A DNA stretch of 55,101 nucleotides, taken from a virus. Lineage: Duplodnaviria > Caudoviricetes. Below the pieces are notes generated by a model. It worked only from the letters and a program-made list of their open reading frames with translations. It searched no databases and was not told the origin of the DNA. Location: positions 1-55,101 of the IMG/VR virus record IMGVR_UViG_3300031862_000774; one strand, 5' to 3'. Positions 1 through 8,608 of this stretch are shown here, in pieces. Every line of letters begins with the position of its first letter. Within the stretch, counting starts at the first letter, position 1. A program made the position numbers and the translations under genes.

Positions 1-642
1 ATGGATGAGAAAATTAAATCGACACTTTTTGATCTTGATCAGATTATCATCGAAGCGATAAGGAAAAATCAGCAAGAGTATGAGGACGGAGTTATAACTC
101 GCGATTGTTTTGAAGAAAATGAATGTAAGTTAAATCTTTTTTTTAATCGTGTGGGATACCTCAAAGAGGCCGCTAAGAGAGAAAGAAATTTCCGCCTTCA
201 ACTTGCCAGAGAAAAAGTCGGGCTTAGTCAAGGACAGCTTGCCGTTCGGCTGGGGGTCAGCAGATATTGGGTCAATTGCATCGAAAACGGGAAGAAGAAC
301 GGATCGGGAAAAATGAGGGGCAAAATTTCTGAGGTCTTGAACACGGACCCGGCTATTTTATGGCCAGAGGTTGAAGTCACTCAGCGGAAAGTTGCAAAGT
401 GGGGAGATGAGCTAAGCGAAGATGAAAAGCGCGTTTGGCAGCCGGTCCGAGAAACCGAAGCTCTGCAAAGGGCGACAGAGGAAGAATTCAATAAGAAAAT
501 AGGCGTCGTTTTGGACGAATTGCGGAAAAAAGTCCATGGGACAAATGACGCCATAATTTTCGACAACGTCGATTACCAAATTGGATTTCAGGAATTTTGC
601 TGGTTGTTAAAAAAATACAAAATTGAGTTAAAATTTTTATGA
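1..642 (+). CDS. XRE-family HTH transcriptional regulator
   Basis: Central LQLAREKVGLSQGQLAVRLGVSRYWVNCIENG is a typical HTH_3 motif. Confidence 0.8.
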   Translation: MDEKIKSTLFDLDQIIIEAIRKNQQEYEDGVITRDCFEENECKLNLFFNRVGYLKEAAKRERNFRLQLAREKVGLSQGQLAVRLGVSRYWVNCIENGKKNGSGKMRGKISEVLNTDPAILWPEVEVTQRKVAKWGDELSEDEKRVWQPVRETEALQRATEEEFNKKIGVVLDELRKKVHGTNDAIIFDNVDYQIGFQEFCWLLKKYKIELKFL

Positions 643-914
643 TAAAAGACAAATTTTATAGCCTCAGCTGCGCAAGCGCTGGGGATTGCGACGCCGGTAG
701 CGTCCACGTCGCCGCGGACCCGGTAATAACCACTCCGCGAAAAAAAACGCATATCCGCCAGCCCGCCGCCATCGTGCGATACACCTGTCGGAAGTCGGTA
801 ACCAAGCCGACGGACGAGAGGTGTAGAGATGTGGCGGAAAGAAACCCCTAAAAGGGGCACGCTTCGTATTCCTTCCCATTCTACATCCCAGAACTTAAAT
901 TATGGAGGTTTATT

Positions 915-1991
915 GTGGATGAATTCGAAAGATTAACAAGAGAGATTCAGTCCGGCATCGACGGCTTCAAAACACGATTGGATAGAGTCGAAAGCTTCTT
1001 GGACAAAAAAGAAATTGAGGGCAGACGGCTGATGATTAGAAACTCCGCTGAGGCGAAATATGTCCCTTCCAGCATGGAAGAAAAATCATTTTCGGGATAT
1101 CTACGCGAAGGCGAACGCGCCGTTGAAAAAAAGGCCCTTCGAGTGGCAGATGCCAGTTTGGGCGGATACTGGGCACCGGCCGAATTCAGCCGACAAATCA
1201 TACAAGGTGTCACTGAGTTCTCGCCGATCCGGTCAATCGCACGGGTTATGACCACGACTGGGTCTACGCTCGAACTTCCCAAAGCAGCCAACACTTTCGA
1301 CTGTGCCTGGGTCGCTGAAATCGGTAACAGAACGGAAACGACGGGCTATAGTCTCGGCCTTGAAACCATCACGCCGCATGAAGCCTACGCGCTGATCAGG
1401 GCGGCCAAATCGTTTCTCGAGGATGCAGGGATCGATATCGACAATTGGTTAATGGGCGAGTTCTCTTTGCGCTTTGCAAAACTTGAGGGGACTGCATTCG
1501 TGACCGGGAATAACACAGGGCAGCCTGAAGGCATCCTGACCAACGCCAATGTCGGCTCGTCTAATTCCGGTGATGGCAATACCATCACGGCTGATGCGAT
1601 TTTGGACATTGTCTATTCTTTGCCTTCGGAATATCGGCGAGCCGGAACCTTTATCATGAATAAAGCCACAGCCCTCGCAGTCCGGAAAATCAAGAACAAC
1701 CAAAATGATTATTTATGGCAGCCGAGCTACGCGGGCGGGCAGCCTGACACGTTGGCCGGTTATAAAGTCGTAGAGTGTCCAGACATGCCCGATGTGGCGA
1801 ACGCCGCCTATCCGATCGTCTTTGGCGACTTCAAGCGGGCCTACACAATCGTTGACCGCGTTGACATTTCCGTGCAGAGACTTGTGGAGAAATACGTAGA
1901 GTATGGTCAAATCGGCTTCTATGCCCGCCGAAGGGTTGGAGGCCAGGTCACGGACGCGAATGCGATCAAGAAAATGTTGATTGCAGCCTGA
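915..1991 (+). CDS. HK97-family major capsid protein (satellite)
   Basis: GGYWAPAEF, FVTGNNTGQPEGIL, YLWQPS, IVFGDF, RVGGQV motifs; short N-terminal coiled coil; GGAGG RBS before GTG. Confidence 0.93.
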   Translation: MDEFERLTREIQSGIDGFKTRLDRVESFLDKKEIEGRRLMIRNSAEAKYVPSSMEEKSFSGYLREGERAVEKKALRVADASLGGYWAPAEFSRQIIQGVTEFSPIRSIARVMTTTGSTLELPKAANTFDCAWVAEIGNRTETTGYSLGLETITPHEAYALIRAAKSFLEDAGIDIDNWLMGEFSLRFAKLEGTAFVTGNNTGQPEGILTNANVGSSNSGDGNTITADAILDIVYSLPSEYRRAGTFIMNKATALAVRKIKNNQNDYLWQPSYAGGQPDTLAGYKVVECPDMPDVANAAYPIVFGDFKRAYTIVDRVDISVQRLVEKYVEYGQIGFYARRRVGGQVTDANAIKKMLIAA

Positions 1992-2004
1992 GGAGGATGA
2001 GAAA

Positions 2005-2424
2005 ATGAGAGACCTTTACCATAGTTATAGGGAAACGACTGTCGTTACGCCGCAACTTGTGAGCAACGACGCCACGGGCAATGGCACAGGGACAGACTTA
2101 CTCGGCGTTACCGGCTGCCTAATGGTTGCTAAGATCGGCGCAGTCGGCGATCTGTTTAACGGCTCAAACTACGTCACGATCAAGTTTTTGGAGTCGGCCA
2201 ACAACGTTGTCTTCAGTGCCATCGACGACGACGACCTCATCGGCGGAAATAACACCGTTGTCATTGATGCAAACAATGAGGCCAATTGTGTTCATCAGCG
2301 CAGTTATGTTGGCTCAGCCCGCTATGTCACTATCAGTTTTGACGTGACCGGCACGATGGCCAACGGCACGCCGATGGAGGCTCACGTTGTGAAAGGGCTG
2401 CCGCTCCACGCACCGATTGCATGA
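2005..2424 (+). CDS. Probable capsid decoration/cement protein
   Basis: Beta-rich small protein (MRDLYH...NGTGTDLLG) directly after the MCP; AGGAGG RBS. Confidence 0.5.
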   Translation: MRDLYHSYRETTVVTPQLVSNDATGNGTGTDLLGVTGCLMVAKIGAVGDLFNGSNYVTIKFLESANNVVFSAIDDDDLIGGNNTVVIDANNEANCVHQRSYVGSARYVTISFDVTGTMANGTPMEAHVVKGLPLHAPIA

Positions 2425-2503
2425 GAAAAGGGATGAAGTCTGACCTACTGAGTGATGCACAGTGGGCCAACTTTTTGAGTTTTTCCAATTTGTTCTCTTG
2501 TCC

Positions 2504-2530
2504 GGGGGGGCTGAAATGCCCCCCTCTGTT
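2504..2530 (+). terminator. GC-rich hairpin after capsid genes, possible terminator
   Basis: GGGGGGC-TGAAAT-GCCCCCC stem-loop; weak U tract. Confidence 0.35.
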
Positions 2531-2544
2531 ACTAAGGCGCTGAA

Positions 2545-2775
2545 ATGATAGACGGAACCTGGTGCACGATCGCCGAAGCCGCAGCCTATTTCCATTTGAA
2601 GTCCGCAAAAACCCTCTACTCGTTGGCGGCCCGGCATCAACTACCTGAAGGCGCAGTCCTGCGGATCGGTCGGCAGATTCGTATCAACGTTCAGGTCATC
2701 GAAGGAACAGCTGTAACGCATAGCGTTTCACCTGAAACAAAAAGAAGGGGAAATAAAAATCGAGGTTTGATATGA
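2545..2775 (+). CDS. Excisionase/AlpA-like HTH_17 DNA-binding protein
   Basis: TIAEAAAYFHL..KTLYSLA...VLRIGRQIRI pattern. Confidence 0.7.
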   Translation: MIDGTWCTIAEAAAYFHLKSAKTLYSLAARHQLPEGAVLRIGRQIRINVQVIEGTAVTHSVSPETKRRGNKNRGLI

Positions 2776-3038
2776 GTGAAGAAAAAACAAAGCTGGTCGC
2801 CGAGTTCCAGAAGAACAGTCTGGAGAAGGTGCGGGTTCATCTTCAAGAATTTCGCGGCCAGAGTTATTGTGACATTAGAGTTTGGGTCGCTGAGAAGGCG
2901 GGGCAGAGTGGAGCCGAGTGCGCGACACACAAAGGACTCACTCTCAGCACCGAGGTTTTACCTGACTTGATTCGAGCTCTCAACGAGGCACAACGGGTGC
3001 TCGAGGCTGGGCCGGAAGTCGAAATGGTCAACGGGTGA
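2772..3038 (+). CDS. PC4/p15-family ssDNA-binding protein
   Basis: KNSLEKVRVHLQEFRGQSYCDIRVW...KGLTLS matches the PC4 consensus. Confidence 0.85.
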   Translation: MSEEKTKLVAEFQKNSLEKVRVHLQEFRGQSYCDIRVWVAEKAGQSGAECATHKGLTLSTEVLPDLIRALNEAQRVLEAGPEVEMVNG

Positions 3039-3140
3039 CAAGGATGAAAAAACAAATGAGCGGCGGGACCGCAGCGGTGGAGGGCGCCACCCTTGGCCGT
3101 TTCTGTGGTCCTGTCCGCTTTTTATACAAGGGTGGCGACG

Positions 3141-3482
3141 ATGACACACAAACGTGATCCAAGACCCTACGTGGGCATACATAAAGAAGTACTCTTCGGC
3201 TGTCCTGAATGGGCGGCACTTTCTCCGCGGGCGAAATGTCTGTATCTTCTTCTGAAGGCGAAACGGAATCCGGCTAAAAATGACGGCACGGTCAAACTTA
3301 CTTATCGGGAAATATTAAAAATACATTACGCCGGCCTGTTAAGACAAACAAGAATTAACGAAGGGTTTCATGAGCTTGAAGAAAAGGATTGGATTAAACG
3401 CGTCGACGGCGGCGGCCTCTTTGGAAAAGCCACCTTCTACCAACTAACCGGCAAGTATGATGAATTCGGGATGAAGAAATGA
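3141..3482 (+). CDS. Winged-helix DNA-binding protein, candidate replication initiator
   Basis: WAALSPRAKCLYLLL...ELEEKDWIKR...ATFYQLT wHTH pattern; iteron-like repeats immediately downstream. Confidence 0.55.
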   Translation: MTHKRDPRPYVGIHKEVLFGCPEWAALSPRAKCLYLLLKAKRNPAKNDGTVKLTYREILKIHYAGLLRQTRINEGFHELEEKDWIKRVDGGGLFGKATFYQLTGKYDEFGMKK

Positions 3483-3526
3483 AGCCGCCAGTCAGTTCAC
3501 GGAATACCTGGTATAAGTATATAATA

Positions 3527-3660
3527 TGTATACACTGGGGGTAGCAAGCACATGTATACGACGGGGGTAGCGGTTTACAGGGGAAACCGAAAACAGCACA
3601 ATTTTTCGTCACCCCTTCTTGTATACACTGGGGGTAGCGGTCTTGTATACACTGGGGGGT
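3527..3660 (+). repeat. Four direct repeats TGTATACACTGGGGGTAGC, candidate origin iterons
   Basis: Copies start at 3527, 3553 (variant), 3620 and 3644; preceded by AT-rich TATAAGTATATAATAT. Confidence 0.8.
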
Positions 3661-3871
3661 GTTGCTTTTGATTTTAGGACTCAGCCAATGATAAACCAAA
3701 AAGCGAGTAAAGAGATCGCCTCCGTCGGCCTCTCAAGTCGCACTGGATTCGCGCCACACGCTGGACTACTTGTCCATATTTTCCCCCTGATATCCGGGAA
3801 ATTGACGGGATTATTGACGTGTTCGATAAATAAAGATAAGGCTAACTTATTGCAAATAAAAGGCTTATGAA

Positions 3872-4414
3872 ATGGCTACGAAAAGCAGGAAAGGGAAGAC
3901 GATCGGCCGCCCGGCCCGGCACGGCGGTTATTCACTCTTGACCAGAGGAACGCTGCCGGAGAAGCGGAAGTATATCGGCCATTATCTGACGGCTGTCAGG
4001 GAGGGTTTGATTCATGACCTGGCGACGAGTGAGGAAGAGCTGAGCATGGCGCAGCGAGTTTTGATTGATCGGGTCATTACATTTTTGGGAGTCATCCGGT
4101 TGATCGAAGAGTATGCCAGAGAGCACGGCGTTCTGGATAATCGGGGCCGCCTGACTTCCGGCCTGACGGCTCACTATCTTAGCTTCAACCGTCATATCAA
4201 GGACTGCTTGGCGCTCTTGGGCCTGGACAAGCGCAAGGGTGATGATGCCCTAACGATTCAGGACGTTATTAGAGAATTTGATGAGCGCAAGGCCAAAAGC
4301 GCGGGTGATTCATCGGAGGAGGCCGAGAAAACGCAACCTGGGCCGAAAGAAGGCACTCTGGAGGCCATGTCACGCGAAATTAAGGGCGATGACGCCACAG
4401 GGGAGGAGAGATAG
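3872..4414 (+). CDS. Probable terminase small subunit (satellite)
   Basis: Basic N-terminus with ARHGGYS, helical core ending LALLGLDKR; upstream of TerL. Confidence 0.5.
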   Translation: MATKSRKGKTIGRPARHGGYSLLTRGTLPEKRKYIGHYLTAVREGLIHDLATSEEELSMAQRVLIDRVITFLGVIRLIEEYAREHGVLDNRGRLTSGLTAHYLSFNRHIKDCLALLGLDKRKGDDALTIQDVIREFDERKAKSAGDSSEEAEKTQPGPKEGTLEAMSREIKGDDATGEER

Positions 4415-4417
4415 AGA

Positions 4418-4705
4418 ATGAGTGGAACAACCGACAGACAGCGTCTTGGAGCTGTGCCCAAGAACTCGACGCAGGAGATTCGGGTTTCTGTGGGAGATTA
4501 CGGTGGGGTGCCCTATATCTACGCTCTCATTTGTTTGAGTGAAGAACCGCCCGAGACTGAGATGGAGCGGCATCCTGGGCTGACGATTCGGGCGCATACG
4601 CTTCGGCCTTTGATTCCGCTTCTCTCTAAGGCGCTCGAGGTTGCCGAGGCAAGGGAGAAGGCAGCGTGGGATGAAAGGCCGGAGGTACGGAGGCGGAGGA
4701 GATGA
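4418..4705 (+). CDS. Second, divergent PC4-like protein
   Basis: PKNSTQEIRVSVGDYGG..YI...GLTIR..LRPLIPLL aligns by eye with 2772-3038. Confidence 0.6.
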   Translation: MSGTTDRQRLGAVPKNSTQEIRVSVGDYGGVPYIYALICLSEEPPETEMERHPGLTIRAHTLRPLIPLLSKALEVAEAREKAAWDERPEVRRRRR

Positions 4706-4941
4706 GGAAGGCGGAAAAAATAATTCTAACCCATGGCCTTGAAAGGGGCGTAACCAAAGAGGACTTAATAATAGGCGCTCCACTGGGCAATTCTTGCCCA
4801 AAGGCAAAAGAACAGACTTGGTATCTCGGGAGAACCAGGTTGGGGGTAATCCGCCCATGTTTTAAGTGGTGCATTTGCATCACTTAGATTTTTGAAAGGG
4901 TCTCTCCCACGGGAGCGACCTCGGGCAAAGAAGGTGAAACA

Positions 4942-6474
4942 GTGAACATCGTCGATTTCGTTGAGAACATCATCGGTGACGAGTCCATGTCTCCGGCGCA
5001 GCGGATGGCGCTCAAGGCGATATACGGGTTGCCCTTGACGGCGGAGGAGCTGGTTATTTACCAAAAGACGGCGGGCCTTTCAGAGTATAAGCCTCGGGAG
5101 TGGCCGGAGGCGACGTTTATACTTTCGCGGAGATCGGGCAAAAGTGACAAGCTGGCATCCAACATCGCACTGTATGAGGCCTGCGCACGGGAACATAAGC
5201 TGAGTGTGGGGGAGACGGGCGTTGTGATGATCGTGTCTTCGGAGCTGAAGCGGCAGAGCCGGATCGTGTTTGATTATTGTCTCGACAAATTGGAGAAATC
5301 AAAAGTCCTGCGAAAACTAATTAAGAAGGTGACTTCGGATGAGATCACCTTGACGAACGGCGTTTCAATTCAGGTTTTTCCTTGCAACCAGGCGCGGATT
5401 CGCGGGCAGAGTTTGATTTGTTTTATTGGCGATGAGTCCGCGTTTTGGAAATGGGAGGGAAAGTCGATTGACAAAGAAGTCCTGGACGCGGCCAGGCCGG
5501 GGTTGAGTTTTCCACACTCGAAATGCGTGAAAATCAGCAGTCCCTGGATGATGAGGGGGGAAATTTACAATGACTATAAACGTTATTGGGGGAAGGCAGA
5601 CGCGGAGGTCCTGGTTCTGCAGGGCGACATTTATACATTCCGGCCCGACTACAGCGAAAAGAAACTTGAGGCGGCCAGGAGAAAAAACCAAATTGCATTT
5701 GAGCAAGAATGGCTTGCGCGTTTCAGGACTGATCTCAGCGGCATGTATGACCCGGCCGTGATCGACCGCGCCGTGAATCCTGATCGACCAATGGAGCTTC
5801 CTTTCCGGGCCGGAGGAACCCGCATGGCCTTTGTAGATGTGGCAGGTGGGGGAGGCCGGGATTCATACGCCATCGCTATTGGAAGACTCGAGGGTGAGCG
5901 GGTGATCGTGGAGGTTATCCGCAGCCGGGCGCCGAAATTCAATCCCGAAGAAGTGACGGCGCAATACTGTGAGCTCTTAAAGTCATATCATGTTTTTGAA
6001 GTGATCGGCGACAAGTTCAGTGGCGATTTTGCCTCATCGCTGTTTGAGAAGGCCGGTATAAATTACCTGCGGGCCGAAAAGACGAAGAGTGAGCTCTACA
6101 TCGAAGCGGAGGGCGCTTTCAACGCCGGGCTGGTGGAGATCCCCAACAAAGAGCCGCTGGTCTCACAGCTCAAGTCTTTAGTGAGAAAGGCGAGGACGGG
6201 AGGACGCGATTCCGTTGACACGGATGGCGGAGCGCCGGAAGATGAGGGCAATGCTTTATGCGGTTTGATTTTTATGCTTCAGGACCAGACGCGCAGACCG
6301 CAGCCGATGATATGGCGAGTTGGGGACAGTTTCAAAACTGATAAAAAGTCCGGGCCGGGAATAGTGCCCGAGGCGCTTTTGGGCCTTCCCGAAGATGTGT
6401 TAGATAAGCGACTCGATGCGCTCACGGAAGCGCAATTGGAAGAGCTGCGGGTCACTTTGGAGAAAGAAACATGA
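4942..6474 (+). CDS. terL: Terminase large subunit (satellite)
   Basis: Walker A SRRSGKS, Walker B FIGDESAF, coupling motif ISSP, FEQEWLA, RNase H-like FVDVAGG...D. Confidence 0.88.
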   Translation: MNIVDFVENIIGDESMSPAQRMALKAIYGLPLTAEELVIYQKTAGLSEYKPREWPEATFILSRRSGKSDKLASNIALYEACAREHKLSVGETGVVMIVSSELKRQSRIVFDYCLDKLEKSKVLRKLIKKVTSDEITLTNGVSIQVFPCNQARIRGQSLICFIGDESAFWKWEGKSIDKEVLDAARPGLSFPHSKCVKISSPWMMRGEIYNDYKRYWGKADAEVLVLQGDIYTFRPDYSEKKLEAARRKNQIAFEQEWLARFRTDLSGMYDPAVIDRAVNPDRPMELPFRAGGTRMAFVDVAGGGGRDSYAIAIGRLEGERVIVEVIRSRAPKFNPEEVTAQYCELLKSYHVFEVIGDKFSGDFASSLFEKAGINYLRAEKTKSELYIEAEGAFNAGLVEIPNKEPLVSQLKSLVRKARTGGRDSVDTDGGAPEDEGNALCGLIFMLQDQTRRPQPMIWRVGDSFKTDKKSGPGIVPEALLGLPEDVLDKRLDALTEAQLEELRVTLEKET

Positions 6475-6755
6475 ACAAAGACAAACTAAAAAATCTGATC
6501 AAGGGATTGCTGAAAGAAAAAAAGACGACAGAGGAGACAGAGTTTGAACGCAAACGGCGAGAGTTCACAGATCGTATCAGCCATGGATATTCGCCATCCG
6601 CCGGGGAGGTTGCGAATCTGATCGAGGGCCTCACGGCTGACGGTTTTGATCGCCTGGGCCGAAAGGTCTCATTTATTGAACACGGGACGCCGGTCTTCGG
6701 CAGAAGAACGAAGCTTTCGGAGCCGCCTGTTTCCCTCACGGAAAAAAAGACTTGA
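6471..6755 (+). CDS. Hypothetical protein
   Basis: ORF overlapping the TerL stop. Confidence 0.5.
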   Translation: MNKDKLKNLIKGLLKEKKTTEETEFERKRREFTDRISHGYSPSAGEVANLIEGLTADGFDRLGRKVSFIEHGTPVFGRRTKLSEPPVSLTEKKT

Positions 6756-6781
6756 CATGAACTTGACACCTGTTTTATACT
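6752..6781 (+). promoter_or_regulatory. Sigma70-type promoter for HTH-integrase operon, probably leaderless
   Basis: TTGACA (6752) - 18 bp - TATACT (6776); ATG at 6788; CTTGACA repeated at 6751 and 6762. Confidence 0.55.
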
Positions 6782-6787
6782 AAGGGC

Positions 6788-6976
6788 ATGATCGAAATCA
6801 TTAGAGAACTCAAGCGCGTTATTCAGGAAAAGAAAATCAGTCCTGAGACGGCGGCATTATTCATCGGCGTTACGGGCCGGGAGGTCCGGCGCTGGCTTGA
6901 GGATAGGGTCATTCCGCTCCCGGAAAGCCGAAGAGCCATCCGGCGCGGACTTAGGCGAATCAGGAAAATTCTTTGA
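6788..6976 (+). CDS. Small HTH protein
   Basis: SPETAALFIGVTGREVRRWLE. Confidence 0.65.
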   Translation: MIEIIRELKRVIQEKKISPETAALFIGVTGREVRRWLEDRVIPLPESRRAIRRGLRRIRKIL

Positions 6977-6986
6977 GAGGTGAGGC

Positions 6987-8135
6987 ATGAGAAACGAGAA
7001 AAACCTTGTCTTCATTCCGGCGGCGGATGGCAAACCGGCGCACTATCTCACAGAGATCACGCTGAATTATCGCCGGGTCCGGCGCTTTGCTGGACACACA
7101 AAAGAGGAAGCCAAGACATTTCTTGCCAAGCTGCGGATCGCGGCCAGGGAAGGGAAGGTCGAGGACCTGATCAGCCCGAAACCGGCAAGCGATACCTTCG
7201 GCGAATATGCCAGGGCGCTTCTGGACAGCGCCGAATGGAAGCAGAAACGGAGCGCAGCGCGAGACGAGGCTTCCCTCCGAGCGCTTAACCGCACGTTCAA
7301 GAACGTGCCACTCAGGGCGATCAGGCCGAATCTGGTCCGCGATTACATGACGGAGAGGATAAAGGCGGGCTTGCGACCGGCCTCGGTAAACAGGGAGCGC
7401 AGTCTTCTGGTCAGCATCCTCTATGCGGCCGTGGGAGATGGAGTAATCGAATCAAACCCGATCGGCCAGAAGGGAGTGAGGCGCCTTGAGGAGAATAACA
7501 GCCGTGAGCAGAGAATCCTTGAACTCGGCCTGACCGATAAAGACATGCGACGCCTAATCTCCTGTGCGGACCCGCGCACGCGGCCAGTCATCGAGATAGC
7601 ACTTCTCACCGGCATGCGGCTTTCTGAGATTCTGAGTCTCAAGTGGAATCAGATTGACCTCCCGCGGCGCCGACTCACGATCCCATTGACAAACTCGAAG
7701 AGCAAGAGAGAACGGACGATCCCGATCGGTGGGGACTTGCTTCGGGTACTCCTGGCGATCAAACGCCATGGCGAATATGTTTTCCCGAATGGCGGAACCC
7801 ACGTCAAGAGCATCCGAAAATCGTTCAGCGCGGCCCTGGAAGCGGCGAAGATCCCGGGCGGCCGGGAAAAGGGCATTGTCTTCCATGATCTCAGGCACAT
7901 CGCAGCCTCGCAGCTCGTCAGGGTGATCGATGTCGTGACGGCCTCCAGGATACTCGGCCATGCGTCGGTCGAGATGACCATGCGTTATGTCCACCCAACT
8001 GATGCGGACAAGCAAACGGCTCTCGAGGCCCTCGGCGAGTGGTTACGAGGACGTCAAAATCCCGTCAATACCTTTGAGAGAGGCTCCGGCCAGGAGCTTT
8101 CTGTGGCGGCGAGCTCATCCCGCTTGCTAAATTGA
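6987..8135 (+). CDS. int: Tyrosine integrase (satellite)
   Basis: TGMRLSE, FHDLRH, ILGHAS, TMRY catalytic motifs; abuts tRNA. Confidence 0.95.
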   Translation: MRNEKNLVFIPAADGKPAHYLTEITLNYRRVRRFAGHTKEEAKTFLAKLRIAAREGKVEDLISPKPASDTFGEYARALLDSAEWKQKRSAARDEASLRALNRTFKNVPLRAIRPNLVRDYMTERIKAGLRPASVNRERSLLVSILYAAVGDGVIESNPIGQKGVRRLEENNSREQRILELGLTDKDMRRLISCADPRTRPVIEIALLTGMRLSEILSLKWNQIDLPRRRLTIPLTNSKSKRERTIPIGGDLLRVLLAIKRHGEYVFPNGGTHVKSIRKSFSAALEAAKIPGGREKGIVFHDLRHIAASQLVRVIDVVTASRILGHASVEMTMRYVHPTDADKQTALEALGEWLRGRQNPVNTFERGSGQELSVAASSSRLLN

Positions 8136-8148
8136 AATCAATAAGTTA
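8052..8148 (+). promoter_or_regulatory. Satellite att arm: CGTCAA direct repeats and IHF consensus site
   Basis: CGTCAA at 8052 and 8063; AATCAATAAGTTA (8136-8148) matches WATCARNNNNTTR. Confidence 0.55.
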
Positions 8149-8152
8149 CAAT
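8124..8152 (+). promoter_or_regulatory. Sigma70-type promoter for tRNA-Arg overlapping the integrase 3' end
   Basis: TTGCTA (8124) - 17 bp - TACAAT (8147), 16 bp before the tRNA. Confidence 0.65.
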
Positions 8153-8168
8153 CTTTTTTGACGCGGGT

Positions 8169-8243
8169 GCCCCTGTAGCTCAGTATGGATAGAGCAATGG
8201 ATTCCTAATCCATGTGTCGCCGGTTCGAGTCCGGCCAGGGGTA
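8169..8243 (+). tRNA. tRNA-Arg(CCT); integration target; CCA not encoded
   Basis: Acceptor stem GCCCCTG/CAGGGGT, D arm GCTC..GAGC, anticodon arm ATGGA-TTCCTAA-TCCAT, T arm GCCGG-TTCGAGT-CCGGC. Confidence 0.95.
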
Positions 8244-8260
8244 CTCCACTTTCCCTTTAG

Positions 8261-8325
8261 TATCAGCTATTTGCGGCCAGGGGGCCCTTTCGGGTCCATG
8301 TGCCATGTGTCCAGAAATGTGTCCA
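8261..8325 (+). promoter_or_regulatory. Prophage att arm: IHF consensus and ATGTGTCCA arm-type repeats
   Basis: TATCAGCTATTTG (8261-8273) fits WATCARNNNNTTR; ATGTGTCCA at 8305 and 8317. Confidence 0.55.
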
Positions 8326-8367
8326 ACGCTCCGCCGTTTTCGTGTTCTTCTCCATGCCCACTGAGCC

Positions 8368-8607
8368 CTATTTTTTCGATTTACTCGCCAGAAGAGAGCT
8401 CAGGCGGTCTCTGTAAAGTTCCAGAAGTTCTTTAAAGGCGCAACCTTTTTCATAGAACACGGCGCAGTTCTCTTTTAGGCACTCGGCCCGCTTCGTGAGT
8501 CTTCCAAAATAAGCCTGCCTCTTGTCTTCCTCTTCCTGGAAGCGAACGTCTCTCGCCATCTCGCTTGAGGCCAGAACTCCAGCCAATAGAAACGGACATG
8601 CAGCCAT
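8368..8607 (-). CDS. Hypothetical protein
   Basis: ORF right after the integrase stop with GGAGG RBS. Confidence 0.55.
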   Translation of the reverse strand: MAACPFLLAGVLASSEMARDVRFQEEEDKRQAYFGRLTKRAECLKENCAVFYEKGCAFKELLELYRDRLSSLLASKSKK

Positions 8608-8608
8608 T

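Larger units (their letters stand above)
1..8152 (+). mobile_element. Phage-satellite-like integrative element (capsid + terminases + integrase); left end outside or at edge of window
   Basis: Co-oriented MCP, TerS-like, TerL, HTH genes and a tyrosine integrase ending 34 bp before a tRNA; no portal, protease or tail genes in view. Confidence 0.75.

Noticed and set aside
3394-3870. ORFs with YPQCIQ / YTLG repeats
   Set aside because: Translations of the iteron DNA repeats rather than plausible proteins
8274-8283. CGGCCAGGGG repeating the tRNA 3' end 42 bp downstream
   Set aside because: Only 10 GC-rich bases; could be an att scar but cannot be distinguished from chance
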